DNA from: the human T2T-CHM13v2.0 reference genome, Homo sapiens
DNA length: 64,000 nt
Assembly (NCBI RefSeq): GCF_009914755.1
Contig: NC_060925.1
Direction: 5' to 3' (one strand)
Notes under the pieces: model-generated
Databases searched by the model: none
The model's input: the letters and a program-made list of their open reading frames with translations, nothing else
What the model was told of the DNA's origin: nothing
Position numbers and translations under genes: made by a program
In this document: positions 1-12,676 of the stretch, piece by piece
Position numbering within the stretch: position 1 is the stretch's first letter
Layout: each line of letters starts with the position of its first letter

Positions 1-142
1 AGGGACCCATTCTCAGAATTTAAGAAGAGATTTCAAAAAGATGAAACCTAATGAATGAGCCTTTTCTGACCACCTACTATAGACTAGGTGGTTTACTTAT
101 GTTATCAATGATAACAGTAGATATTTTGCATTGGAATTAGTG

Positions 143-654
143 TTTTTTTTTCAAAGCTACTTTTAATACTTTGGGGTGAGACCCACAGGAATAAAAAAAA
201 CACTGGGAAGGGGTAACCCCCCACCCGCCACTTCCAGGAGGGGCCAGGGGGAGAGAGGCTACCTGAGGGGAAGGAAGCACAAAAGGGACCCGCTGCAGAC
301 TCAGGGCAAAAGGAGGCCATGGGTGCGGGGACCTGCGGGCACTGCAGGAGGAAACGTGAGGGTGGTGGGACTGGCTCCAGTCACATAGGCGAAGGGCAGG
401 AGGGTTGGACATGAAGCCACAAAGCTACTCGGGTTCCTCCTTCTTCTCTTTTGCCTTCTTCTGCTCCTGCTGCTTGGTCTCTGAGCTCCTCTGCTTGCCG
501 CAGCAGCAGAAAGCCCGTCATCTCGACGTTTTCCCTTAACTGAGTCACTCTGCTTTTTCCTATTTTTCTAGCCAGTAAGCTCATGCTGGTTACTGCGGGT
601 CATGGTGACAGCAGTGGCTCCGACCTGCCTCTGTTATGTCACCTCATTCTGTCA
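143..654 (-). pseudogene. SERF2: SERF2 processed pseudogene (5'UTR remnant, CDS 603->425, 3'UTR, poly-A)
   Basis: Minus strand from the ATG at 603 reads [33 protein letters not shown], then after a 1-nt deletion KQR...QQEQKKAKEKKEEPE* (TAG 425-427). This matches SERF2 ([59 protein letters not shown]). Premature TAG at 568-570; CDS 179 nt instead of 180; no introns; ATTAAA at 162-167 and a T9 tail at 143-151. The symbol is the parent gene; the 5' boundary is approximate. Confidence 0.93.
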
Positions 655-3124
655 GGATTTTTTTTTTTTTATTTTTGACCCTGCTTTCAGCCAAGGAATT
701 AGGGTTTTAGTGATATAAAGTGACTAGCTGGTAAGTGGCAAAACAAGGATCTGAACCTTGGTCTACATGACTTGAAAGCCCACACACTTTTCTCTAACTC
801 TAGCACAGAGGATTGGCAAAGTGGAGGGGCAATGACTACCCTGCTGTCAGGCTGGCCTCGACTAAGATGAAGCTTAATTAATTACGATTGACCAATCTGC
901 CTGAATCTGGGGGCAGGGGGGTTTTAAAGTGAGATGGGGCTGGGGTATAGGGGTTCTCTTCCTCATCCCACCCATATTTCATTTCCGTTTAATAAATTTG
1001 AGCATCTACTATGTGTTGGGCATGATCCTAAGTGTTGGAGACACAAAGAAGGCTTCGGTATAATGCCTGATTATAATAAAGCAGATCTGAATGTAGCAAA
1101 CTCTGACCTCATGAGTGAAGCAGAATGGCCTTACTGTGAAAATGCTTATGAATAATGCACAGATAACTTTCTAGTCATTTTTGAGTCCAGAAAGCAGTCA
1201 CCTTTCAGTGGAGGACACTGATCTTGGCAACCGAGCCTGGGAAACACTTTTAAATGAGCCTAGATAGCCTGGACAGATTCACCATTGGGTACAGATGTTT
1301 ATTTTTTTAAATTCCAGCATGCTGACTAATTCTGCATTTACTAACAATGAAAGTTACTAAAGTCTGGGAACCAAATAATGACTGGATTCTTCCCAACCGG
1401 GCACCACCAAAAAGACAGTATCTCCATGGGGTTTTTTGGCCATTTCTAAAGTGGTGAGATGTGCACCAGGTCTTTAGCTATCCATCCTGTTCCAAGGCAG
1501 GCCTGGGATGAAGGAAGGATGGAAGGGATGATTGGGACCAGGTCAGAAGGCAGAGTTTCAGGGAACCACCCACTGTTCAAAAGTTCTTTTCTCTAACCTT
1601 TAGTGGAGGTTTCTACCTCCATTTTGGCCACTGCTGCTTTGTTTGCCTGGTTCCTGGATCTAGGCCCTCAGAGCTTGCCTTCAACATGGGAAGCCAAGAA
1701 TGAGATATTGATGTCCACCAGATTGCTTGCTGAGGGAGTCCACATGTGAAGGAGGACACCAGTATCTTCTAGGGGGTGTCTAGCCAGCACTATGCAGTCA
1801 CTAGACTGAAAATAAACTAAAGAGAAAGGCAATGTCATGCATTTCTGTAGCCCCTGTCCCAGCTGGGCACACAATGCGTTGGCACTTAGTAGGCAATCAG
1901 TAAAGGGTTATGAAAGGAATTGTATTTTTGGCTCCCCACAGAGTATGTCTGTCTTCAGTACTCAATGCTGGGTGGAAAAACCACCACCAACCAGGCCAGG
2001 AAAACCTTTAGACTTTCCAGGGGTTCAGGCCACTGCTATTTCCTCCCTACCCAGAAAAGTACAGGTTAAGCCACAATCACTAGGCAAAGCTCATTGCCTC
2101 TGATGCTGGACCCACCCTGTCTGGGAGAAATGAAGTCCCTTCTGACTCAAGTTCCCACCAGCAAAGACACAGTGACGTTCTTGTGGCCACCAACCCTTTT
2201 CTTCCTCTTCATCCCCCACAAGACTCAACAACCCTTGTTTTTATGATCCAGCCTCTGATCCCAGATAACTCAGGGAAGGTGGAGGGCAAGAGGGTGTGAC
2301 TGAAAACCCACCCAACCAGATTTCTTGAATTGAATATACAGAGGTCAGCAGAAAGATGACCATGGCGATATTATATAATCCAGACCCCGCTGCTGGCCCA
2401 TCCTGAAAACTCTTGACGCCAGCGAGGGAGTTTTTCCTAGTCTGATGTTTCAATGGAAATTCTTGGCTACATTGGCACCCAACAATGGTGTCCCAAAGCT
2501 TCCAAGAGAGATATTTTCTCCTATTCCCTTGGCACCAAAGGGCCATTAGAAGTCCTCATCATGGAGAGTGTCCTCTTTCCAGAAGGATGAGAGCCATGAA
2601 GATGTTGGAGCTGGAGAAAGACTTGTTTTCTTTGAACTGCAATAGGAGAAAGACCTCAACTTCCAAGTTCTAGAAGATGCCTGAGGGCTTATAATTTCCT
2701 TTTAGCAATAAGCTGCTTAAAAAGAAGGTAGAGAACAACCTTTCTCTTTTAATGGATAGCATCTCTTATTTTTACTGTGTGTTTACTGCATGCTTGATAT
2801 TGTTAACATGATGATGACATGATGGATCCCAGAAGACCACTTTCTAGAAGGTATGAGTGTATTTGAGTCAGGAAAGGGGGACCGTTCAGGGAGAGATACC
2901 TGAATAAGGAAGGAGGCAGAGGGGATAAATTAAAACCTGAAGGCTAGAGGATTTGGCCATTCAGTGACTCTGTACATGATGTTCACCTTTGTTCTGCAAA
3001 TGAGCCAAGAACTAATGGTGTCCCTCAGACTGTGCTGAGGGCTGTTGAAAGAAACCAACATAAGACAGACCAGCTCCCAGGATGCTATTAAGGAAATTAC
3101 ATGACTGCAGGGGAGAACAGACCC

Positions 3125-3190
3125 AGATATTAGCTCTAAAATGCCAGTCCTAGATATTAGCTCTAAAATAGTTTAGCTCTAAGTTAGCTG
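3125..3190. repeat. Local tandem duplication AGATATTAGCTCTAAAAT x2 plus two decayed TTAGCT copies
   Basis: Identical 18-mers at 3125-3142 and 3152-3169, then TTAGCTCTAA and TTAGCTGAAAT. Confidence 0.85.
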
Positions 3191-3214
3191 AAATACCAGC
3201 TATCATTTCTGAGA

Positions 3215-3390
3215 TTCTCACCACAACCCTGAGATAGGTATTATCATACCTTATTTTTACAGATGAGGAAATTGAAGTTCAGAAAAGCTAATTAATTTGT
3301 TCAATATTGGATAGTAATTAAATAGCCAAGTTGGGATTCTAAACTTAAGTCTGGCTGTTCCCAGAGTTTGAGTTTCTAACCACTATGCTA
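3215..3390 (-). mobile_element. MIR SINE fragment
   Basis: MIR core ATTTTTACAGATGAGGAAATTGAAGTTCAGA. Confidence 0.65.
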
Positions 3391-3402
3391 TATAGAATCT
3401 CC

Positions 3403-3605
3403 AGTGTAGAGGAAAAAGCATGGGTTTGGAACGTAGTTATATGCTCAAATTCCAGCCCTACCACTGATTAGCTCTGTGACTTTGGGCTAATTGCTTAAGT
3501 ATCAATGAGACTCAGTGTCCTCATTCATAAAATGGGGACAATAACCGTAACCTCGTTAGCCATTGGGAGGATGAAATGAGATAAAGAATAAAGGCTTCTA
3601 GCAGA
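3403..3605 (+). mobile_element. MIR SINE fragment
   Basis: TAGCTCTGTGACTTTGGGCTAATTGCTTAA...CTCAGTGTCCTCATTCATAAAATGGGGACAATAA. Confidence 0.65.
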
Positions 3606-3992
3606 GGGGCTGCCATGTGATGGCCCTTCAGCAGCAACCACTCTTGGTTATTTTAATAGACTGGAAGCTCCCTGAGGAAAGAGGCAATGTCATTGTGCCT
3701 TCAAAAGTTAGCACAGTGCTTGGCCAAGTGCTGGCCTGTAGAAGGCCCATTCTAACCCTTACTTGAATAAATGAAAGGTGAAGAAGTTAGCTTTCACTAG
3801 AGGCAAGTAAATCTACTTTGGTAACTTAAACCAGAGAGAAGCTAGCCAAGGGTAGAGCAGGACTTTTGATGACTGGAATCATCAAACCCCCAACAAGAGC
3901 AAGAGAGCAGGGCAGGGTTGGTACAGAACTGTCTACAGCTATGGAAAAATATCTTCAGGGGATATATAGGAAAATATCTTACTTACACAGGG

Positions 3993-4379
3993 TATATTAG
4001 TCCATTCTCATGCTGCTATGAAGAAATACCTGAGACTGGGTAATTTATAAAGAAAAGACTCACAGTTTAATTGCCTCATAGTTCTACATGGCTGGGAAGG
4101 CCTCAGGAAACTTATAATCGTGGCAAAAGAGGGAGCAAACATGTCCTTCTTCATGTGGCAGCAGGAGAGAGAAGTCCCGAGTAAAAGGGGAAAAGCCCTT
4201 ATAAAACTATCAGATCTTGTGAGAACTCACTCACTGCCTCACTGTCACAAGAACAGCATGGGGGGACTGCCCCTATGATTTAATCACCTCCCATGAAATA
4301 CCTCCCACAACACATGGGGATTATGGGAACTACAATTCAAAATAAGATTTGGGTGGGGACACAGAGCCAGACCATATCA
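3993..4379 (-). mobile_element. THE1 (THE1D/C-like) ERVL-MaLR solo LTR
   Basis: Begins TATTAGTCCATTCTCATGCTGCTATGAAGAAATACCTGAGACTGGGTAATTTATAAAG and ends GATTTGGGTGGGGACACAGAGCCAGACCATATCA. Confidence 0.85.
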
Positions 4380-5292
4380 CAATGGGTCATGGAAAAGGTC
4401 AGCATCCAAGAGCCAAGTACAAAGCATCCCAGAAGAGATGTCCTGAGTCTTAGCAGTTTAAAAATCAAGTTTGGAGTTGGGGGAAGAGTTGACCAAGAAT
4501 ACCACTTAAGCAGTAGCATCATTATGAATTCCCTGGAGCTAAAGAGACAGGGTAGCTCCTACCTGGGATGGGTGGGGACATTTCTTCAAGGTGAGAAGCG
4601 TGACATATCCCATGTGCCCATCCAAAGGTCTAAGAACTTGGATTCTAGTTCCATTGGAGTTCAGTGAAAACCCAGAATAATGACCCCTAGTAATGTGTGA
4701 GATTTCTTTAACTCTAGTTTCTTCCATTGTCTGTTTGCCTGTGTATAGTCCTTATGGTAAAGCAACAGTTAGACAATTTTTTAAAATAAAGAAAACCTCT
4801 TAAAAAGAGGGATCTATTTAGGAAAGCCAATGTATCATTGTTGTCTTGGAAAGGGAGTGGATTTGGGGTCAGACAGAAAGGTTTTGAATTCTGGAAATCT
4901 AGAACATTTCCTAAATTGTTTTGGTCCTCAGTTTCCTTATGTGTAGAGTAGGGATGACTAACACCTATCTCAGTGGGTGGTTGTGAAACAATTGTAAGTA
5001 TCCAGCATACATCTGGCTTAGGCTAGATGCTTAGAAAATGCTCGCCTTGGGTGTTTGTCCAGAGACTAGTTGGTGGGTAGAAAGGAGGACCCTATGTCCT
5101 AATCTATCGAAAAATCGAAGGGAAGATTATTTTAGTAGGAATGTAGGTGGTGGCAGCTTGGAAAAAAAAAGAGAGGACATACCTGACATTTGTGAGACAA
5201 AACAGAAGTAGGGATTTAACAGACCCAAAGCGTCTAAGCTTCTGACAGTACAGCCCTCCATTTAAGAGGGATGGTTCTCTCGCTCCCCCCTC

Positions 5293-5468
5293 TTTTTTTT
5301 TTTTTTTTTTTTTTTTTGAGAAAGGGTCTCACTCTGTCTCCCAGGTTGGAGTGCAGTAGCACAATCATGGCTCACTGTAGCCTCAACCTCCAAGACTCAG
5401 GTGATCCTCCCACCTCAGCCTCCCAAGTAGCTAGGACTACAGGTGCATGCCACCACACTCAGCTAAAT
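5293..5468 (-). mobile_element. Alu right monomer (AluJ/FRAM-like)
   Basis: T25 then GAGAAAGGGTCTCACTCTGTC...CACCACACTCAGCTAA; no left arm. Confidence 0.85.
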
Positions 5469-5477
5469 AAAGGAGGA

Positions 5478-5635
5478 ATGGTTCTTAGCCCCGGCCACAT
5501 ATCAGAACCACCAGGGAGCTTTGGAAAACACCCACACCCAGGCTCCTCTCCAGGTCAGAATCTCTGCAGACGGTGCCTGGCATCCTTTTTATTGATTGAT
5601 TGATGATTTTAGTCTGTAGCCAGGTTTGAGAGTGC
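5478..5635. mobile_element. MER5-family hAT-Charlie MITE
   Basis: TGGTTCTT...ATCAGAACCACCAGGGAGCTTT...AATCAGAATCTCTG-like core, ends CAGGTTTGAGA. Confidence 0.5.
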
Positions 5636-6695
5636 TATCCAGAGGTGAGGGATGGACACAATGACCTCTAAAATAATCTTTAAACATCTAGCTCCGAAAA
5701 GAGGGGTTGTTCAAACTTTTCTTTAAGAAATAACCAGAAAGGGATAGAAGGATGATTGTGTACCTCCAGGTGATCAAGGGGCATAATCTAAAGCAGCCCG
5801 CTCAAGACAAAATCTCACATTTGACGTTAACAAATCATGCAAAGTTTGCATTTTATCTTACCAAATATTAGTGTTTATTTCAACAGAATTTCCTTGCCTC
5901 CCCAGAGATCCTTGAATAAAAATGGTGCTCTAGACCCATCATGCTTCTCTGGGGTTTTATGAACTTCTAGCTGTCCCAACTTGAGTTGCACAGTTTTAGG
6001 CTATTCTTCTTGGCTGGTCAGGTCCTCAGCCACTGGAGGGAGAGCTCAGAGAGCTGTCTGTTTGCATCTTGGGAAAGCACCTTGGCTGTAGGGTTCCCTG
6101 GGGCAGGAACTGGCATACCCATCTCCCTATGTCTTTTGCTGCAGCTTCTTGGGGGGCACTGTTGCTTCTTCCATAACTTTCCTGCTGAGAAAACTGCCAA
6201 ATGGCTCCCAGCCAGGCTGTTTGGTAAGCTTTGTGAAGAAATAAATTCCTTTCCCAATCCCTATGAGGCTGTATTTCTAAGGGAATTTGCAATAATAGAA
6301 ATTGTTTTGATCTTCAATCAAGATACAGAAAGATTCACTCCCTCCCCCATCTCCTACTTCTTAAATTTCCAATCACTTTAAGAAACACACCCTGTGGGAG
6401 AATTTGCTTCTCCCCCATCTGGCTGCCAGCAGCCAGCCTCAAAGTTCTCAAACTTCACCACCTTAAGGCATTTCTATCCGGCCTGCTACATTTTTTTCAG
6501 ACCTACCCCTCTCTCCATTGGCCCCTCTTTCTCCAGCTCCCCATTTCATTAACTTCAATGAAATAGCATCTTCTAGGAGCAAGAGTGTTCTGGTTTAAGG
6601 AGATCACTGGGGTGTGGGGTGTAGGATTAGAAGGAGGTGACTTCATTCTGGAGAACTGGAAGAGGGAATGAATATTTTTTAAGGCTCTAGACTAG

Positions 6696-7050
<355 letters not shown>

Positions 7051-10016
7051 TCAATTAATCATTTGAATCTTTGATGAACTGAGATTTAAACACAAGCCCA
7101 GTACCTGGCATATAGTACCAATGAATGAATGGATGAATAAACTAATGGATAGAGTAAATTGGGACCAAAGTCAGGGTTCTTTCGACTACAACACCTGCCT
7201 GAGGGCCACCAGGAGCTGTTGTCAGTGATCCTTCTCAGGGAAATATACAGAAAGATTCTCCCGGGCTTCTCACAGCTGCTGCCAATCCCTCACCATCCAT
7301 GCTTCTCTTGCTGCCAAGGATCCCTCCTCACCAATGGCGGAAAGAGGTGGCCCCTGAGGCGCTCAGCATTTGCCCTGAGACCTGCCTTACAACCCATACT
7401 TGTCTGAAAGAGTCAGCTCTCCCCACCTGGGAATGCGAGTTGAAAAAGAGCTCTCCCAGAAAGCCTCAACTCCAACAGATCTGCTCCTGGGGTCTCCATG
7501 TGACATCCAGCTTCCCGCTGGATCGTGGTGGGTCATAGCAGGACCCACCCTACCTACTGCAACAGGCCTGTCTTACCCTGTCCTCTCTGTCCACCAGAAC
7601 CAGGTTTCCATGGAAACCAAACCTGGAGGGTACATAAGAGGAGGGCTTTTCCTTTTTATCCTTTTTTTTCTTTCTGTATTCTTGCCTAATTCTTTGACTT
7701 TGGCCCTGGTTTGTACTGACATTACTGAAGGAACAGCTCCCCCAGCTCTGCACCCATGCCTAGGATATTGTAGATAGCAGTTTGATAAACTGCATTGAGT
7801 TAACAGCTGCCAGACACACCATCTTGCCTCAACAGGAGGGAAGAGAGCCGCAGGCATGACTAGGAAGGCAGCCGAGGAGGAGGCAGTGAGGAGTGGGAGG
7901 GAGCGGGGAGCAGGAGGCGATCCTCTAAGTCGGAAAGGCCGTGGTCTGCAGCTGGCTACTGTGGATTTGTAGGAGAGGAGCTAGCGTCACCAATTATTGG
8001 GATTTGACATGAGCAAGTGCTTTTATTTGGAAGGAAATAAAGAATTGAAAGGTTAGTAGCTGGGACATGTGCTTGCCTAATCATACTGTTATCCTTAGAG
8101 ACCTGTGTCTGCAACCCTAGACTGGGAGCCCCGTGGAGGCTCAGAGATGTGTGGGGATATCATCAGCCAGCATTTTAAGTAAGTGGAAGAAGTGACTGGG
8201 GTGCAGGGACAAAGTTGATGCTTTAACTAGTGTCCTCTCTGCTGTGTGAGACCCTCTTCTAATGTAACATAGAGGAAGGGATGGGAAGGAGCACCTGCTG
8301 GCTGTAGGTAAAGGCAAGTCAGATTGTGTTCCTATTCTTTCTTGTTTCTTTCATGTTTACTTCCCTTCCCTCCCTCATCTCCCTCCTCCTCTTTCTTTCT
8401 TTTTTTTTTTCCGCCTGTCTTCTTCTCTCTCCCGGCTTTAAGCTGGATGCCACTCCAAGTACAGAGGACCACCTCTGACAAACTCTCTCCTCTCTTCTGT
8501 ATTCTGTATGCAGAGATGAGTGTGTGTGTGTGCACATGTGTGTCCTTTTACATGTGTAGGAGAGGGCGATGGGTCAAGCAGTTTGAATGGCTTGTACTGG
8601 CTCCCTCTCCTTTCACACAAAACCTCATCCAGACCCCTGTCTGTGCCATGATTGAGGCAACCACATGGCAGCCATTGAGTTTGGTACAGCCGTCAGCTGC
8701 CAGGAGCTTCTCATGAAGCCTCAGTACCTCCCAGGCCTGGGGAAAATGCAAGGAGACACGAAGGAGCCATCGTCTAAGGCCCATGGCATCCGGGAATTGA
8801 GTGGGCTTGGCCACCAGGTCGAGGGAACCTTGAGTGCTGCTGGCAGGGCCTCTGGCAGTTCGTGTGGTAACTGCAGCGCCAACCCAGGGCAAAAGAGCCC
8901 AGTGGCATGCACTCACTTCCTCTTTCAGCTTTGCAATTCAAAGGGGTCACCTGGTTCAATTTATCTAGGTTCGTTAGGGTCTGTGACCTCAGAATCAACA
9001 AGGCAGCTGATCCAGAGGTTGGTAACCAGATGCCTTCTAGACCTCTGTGTCCTGAGGAGGGACAGGGGGATGAATATAGGAGACCTGATGACTCCTCCTC
9101 CTTGGCAGTCTAAAAAAGTAGCCTTTGCCTGATGAGTCAGGAACAGCACTACACTGCCCTGTCTGCTCAGCCCTGCTGGGATCTTTATGTAAAGTATAAA
9201 ACCCAGTGCAATCAGCGGAGGAGGATACCAGTCCCAGAGTGCTGAGAGCAGCAATGATTCAGCCACCCCTCCTTCCCATGGTGCATATCCATCCCTACAA
9301 GGCCCTGGCTCCCCTCCTTATCCCTGCTTCTCCAGGGACCCTCCTGAAGAGAGGCAGGAGTGGAGATCAGCTTGGAGATCAGCTAGGGAGAAGGAGCCAG
9401 GGAGTGTGGCACACTATTAATTAGCTAAAAGCAAATGCCACCTGCATAATGCATTATGGCTGCTGCCTCTGCAGCCTCCCACTCTCCACTGGCCTGCTGC
9501 TTGCTATTGTCTCTGGAGCCTGTCTCGCCTTTATTGGAGCCCTGATGAAGCACTGCTGTGTATGAAGTGGCTCGGTGTTAATAGAAACTCATCATATTCA
9601 CTGATAATCCTCCATTGCCTGAGATGGGCCAATTAGGAGCTCTCAGGCACATTTGCTTACTGCAGAGGGGCCTCCCTGTGGGAACTGTGTGCTCCTGAGC
9701 ACCACAGTCTGTGGGCACATCAGTGTATGCATGGGTAACATATGCCTGTGCAGTTTGGCAACAACACTGACCCAGGAGGCTGAATTCAACCATATGTAGT
9801 GGAGCATGGCTGCAATATGCTTGTGTGGGAAAGTTAAGGCAAGCTGCCCCCATTCCTTCTCATTTTAGAGGAATGAGTTAGCTGGCAGTTATTTATTTGT
9901 AAATAATCAAAAACCAAAAAAGCCAGACAAGCTGCAGAGGGTGCTCCACATGGAAACTGTGCTCCTGAGCCATGACTTTAAACAGTGCGCAAACTTCCAC
10001 AGAGACAGATGTTTCT

Positions 10017-10550
10017 ATCTTTTATTGAGGTGAAATCCACATAACATACAATTAGCAGTTTTAGAGTGTACAATTCAGTGGTATTTAGTGTATTCCCAAT
10101 GTTGTGCAGCCACCACCACTCTCTATTTTCAAGTCTTTTTTGTAACTCCAGAAGTACACCCTATGATTCTCTGGCAATCATTAATCTATTCTGTCTCTAT
10201 GGATTTACCTATTCTGAATATCTTATATAAAATAAGTCATAAAACATGGGATTCCGTGTCTGGCTTCTTTCACTTAGCATAATGTCTTTAAGGGACATGC
10301 AGGTTGTAGCATGTATCAGTACTCCATTCCTTTTTATGGCTGAGTAATATTCCATTGTCCGTATATACTATGGCTTGTTTATACAGTCATGGACATTTGG
10401 GTTGTTTCCACCTTTTGGCTATTAGAGTCAAGTTGCTATGAGCATTCATGAACAAGTGTTTGAGTGGCTTGTTTTGTTTCAATTATTTGAGGGTGTATAC
10501 CTCAGAGTAGCATTGTTGGTTCGTTGGTAATTCTGTTAAGTTTTTGAGGA
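10017..10550 (-). mobile_element. Old L1 (L1MB-type) 3' end fragment
   Basis: TTTTATTGAGGTGAAATCCACATAACATACAATT...GTGTACAATTCAGTGG...TCTGGCTTCTTTCACTTAGCATAATG...CCTTTTTATGGCTGAGTAATATTCCATTG. Confidence 0.8.
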
Positions 10551-10816
10551 AATATATTTTTTATTTGATCCTCACAGCATCTCCGTGAGGTAGAAAGGAC
10601 AGATATTAAAGAGAATGCATATTAAGCATCCAGCTCATCACCTAGCACATAATATGTGCTCAATAAATTAAAAATTGTTACTATTGTCAGGTGCAGAAAC
10701 TGAGACTAAGAATGGAAGTGACTTGCTCAAGCACACTCTAAGTAGCAGATATCAGAACTAAATGGAAAGCTTCCAATTTCTAGCCCATAAGGCCAGTCTT
10801 CTTGGAACTCAGGCCA

Positions 10817-10847
<31 letters not shown>

Positions 10848-12029
10848 AAAACAGCCCTGGTAGTATGAATTTCCCCATGGGCTTAGAGATCTAACCCACT
10901 CTGGCTTAAGGAAAACAGACAGGACAACTGAGCAGAGATAGCTTTTGCATCCAGTCCTGTAATGATCTCGCCTTTTTCCAGTGCCTTGGCTGCTGCAGGC
11001 CTGCCAGCACATAGAGAGTGGCATTGATTGTAATCGACATCTGTTGAGCTGTCACTTCCCCCAGCTCCTGTCCTCCCTCCAGAGACCCTCACTTTCCTGC
11101 CTTGTGGGTGCATCTGCAGAAGTAGCTGCATTGAGTCTCCACTGAGGCAGCCAGGGGCGGTGTGAGCTGGAGGCTTGCCACTACAAAAGGATCCTTCTGT
11201 TTTTCTCTCTTCATCTGGGAACCTGGGGAGCATCTTATGTCTGCATCAGTGTTGCCACAGGGACTTGACCCGTTGCCCTCGCTTCAGAGGGCAGGATCTG
11301 CAGCCCAGAGGCGTTAAGTGACTTTCCAGAAGTCAGGCAAGGGAATGATGGCTCAATATCCTGGCTGGAGCCTTCTGACTAGCCCCTGTTTTCTTACTCT
11401 CCCCTGTTCCTGCCTTATCTATCCTCTGATACTGACAGCAGGCGCGCAGACTCCTGGCGAAGAGAGGGATCACAAACTCAGACAGGAAGGCGCGACAAGA
11501 AGCCACGTGGCTTGCGCCTGCCTCTAGGCAAGATTAGACTAAACTCCTGTGGGTCTTGCTTACCCCTGCTGGTATAGCAGAGATGTCTCTGGTAGGAGGA
11601 AGGGAGGGGGATGTGGTGGACAGGCTATTCTCAGGGACTTGATAATTATTGCTTTGTTTCCTTAACCATCCATGATCCCAGCCCTGGGGTCTACCTTCTG
11701 ATCTCCTCCCTCCCTTCTTGTTCAAAGTCTATGGTTTTACTGCTTAAAAAAAAAAAAAATGTGTCAGCCACTCCCAGCTTTTACAATTCTGAAAGTGTCA
11801 AGACCAGTGAAGAGTTGTGTGTTGTGTTTTGTTTTGACGTCTCCAAAGAAAGCGATGGGGAAGAGCCCTAGAGAGGCTTAGCTTCAGGGAAATCCTGAGC
11901 CTTAAAGGAAGGAGAGCAGGGGGTTCCCCCAGTACATATACAGGCTTCCATCTTTTTACTGCTGCCTCCAATGATTCTTAGTGACACAGAGGTTGAAATG
12001 GGATGCGTGGTCCAATCACTGGCCTGGCA

Positions 12030-12222
12030 TGGGGCAGTGGTTACCTTGGGGAGGAGGAAATGGAGAGTGATTGCCAGGGGGGCAACTGGGAGGCAGGCAG
12101 TATTCTATTCCTTGACCTAGATGGTGTTTATGTGGGTTGTGCTGCTTTGCTTGAGCTATACATTTGTGTTTGTGCATTGCTATATGTGTGTTATTACACT
12201 TCACAATAAAAAATTTAAAGAA
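12030..12222 (+). mobile_element. L1ME-type 3' terminal fragment
   Basis: GTGGTTACCTTGGGG...TATTCTATTCCTTGACCTAGATGGTG...CACAATAAAAAATTTAAA. Confidence 0.6.
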
Positions 12223-12369
12223 AAAGAACTTTGGCTTAAGAGTTAGAATATTTGGGTTCAGTCTTTGCTCTTCCACTTATTTGTCATGGTATCACAGGAT
12301 AATCACCTTAATCTCCCTGATCTTCAGTTTTCACATCTATAAAATGAGATCAAAAAGCCTTTAAACTCT

Positions 12370-12531
12370 GATCATGTGCGGTGGCTTATGCCTGTAACCC
12401 TAGCGCTTTGGGAGGCTGAAGTAGGAGGCTCGCTTGAGCTCAGGAGTTCAACGTTGCAGGGAGGTATGATGGTGCCACTACACTCCAGCCTGGGCGACAG
12501 AGCAAGACTTTGTCTCTAAAAAACAAACAAA
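12370..12531 (+). mobile_element. Monomeric Alu (FRAM-like or AluJ with internal recombination)
   Basis: Left-arm-like start (GCGGTGGCTTATGCCTGTAACCCTAGCGCTTTGGGAGG) joined to a right-arm end (CACTCCAGCCTGGGCGACAGAGCAAGAC) and an A tail. Confidence 0.8.
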
Positions 12532-12676
12532 AGAATGGTTCACATGTGAAATATGGTGTTATTTTATGTAGAGCCAGATAAAGTTGGGGATCAGCAGGAG
12601 GGTAAAGGCTGCCGATGGGAATGGGGCCAGCCACAGAAAGGTCAGCAGTGGTGCTTCAGGTCTGGGGGAGAATGTT

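Noticed and set aside
381-584. 67-aa minus-strand ORF, plus neighbouring ORFs at 105-412
   Set aside because: Off-frame readings of the SERF2 pseudogene CDS and 3' UTR
4274-4286. DUX4-like motif in the THE1 LTR (TGATTTAATCA)
   Set aside because: Deviates from the TAAYYYAATCA consensus; not supportable
8324-9266. Overlapping 100-155 aa ORFs on both strands
   Set aside because: No recognisable domain, partly low-complexity, several begin at non-ATG starts; expected by chance
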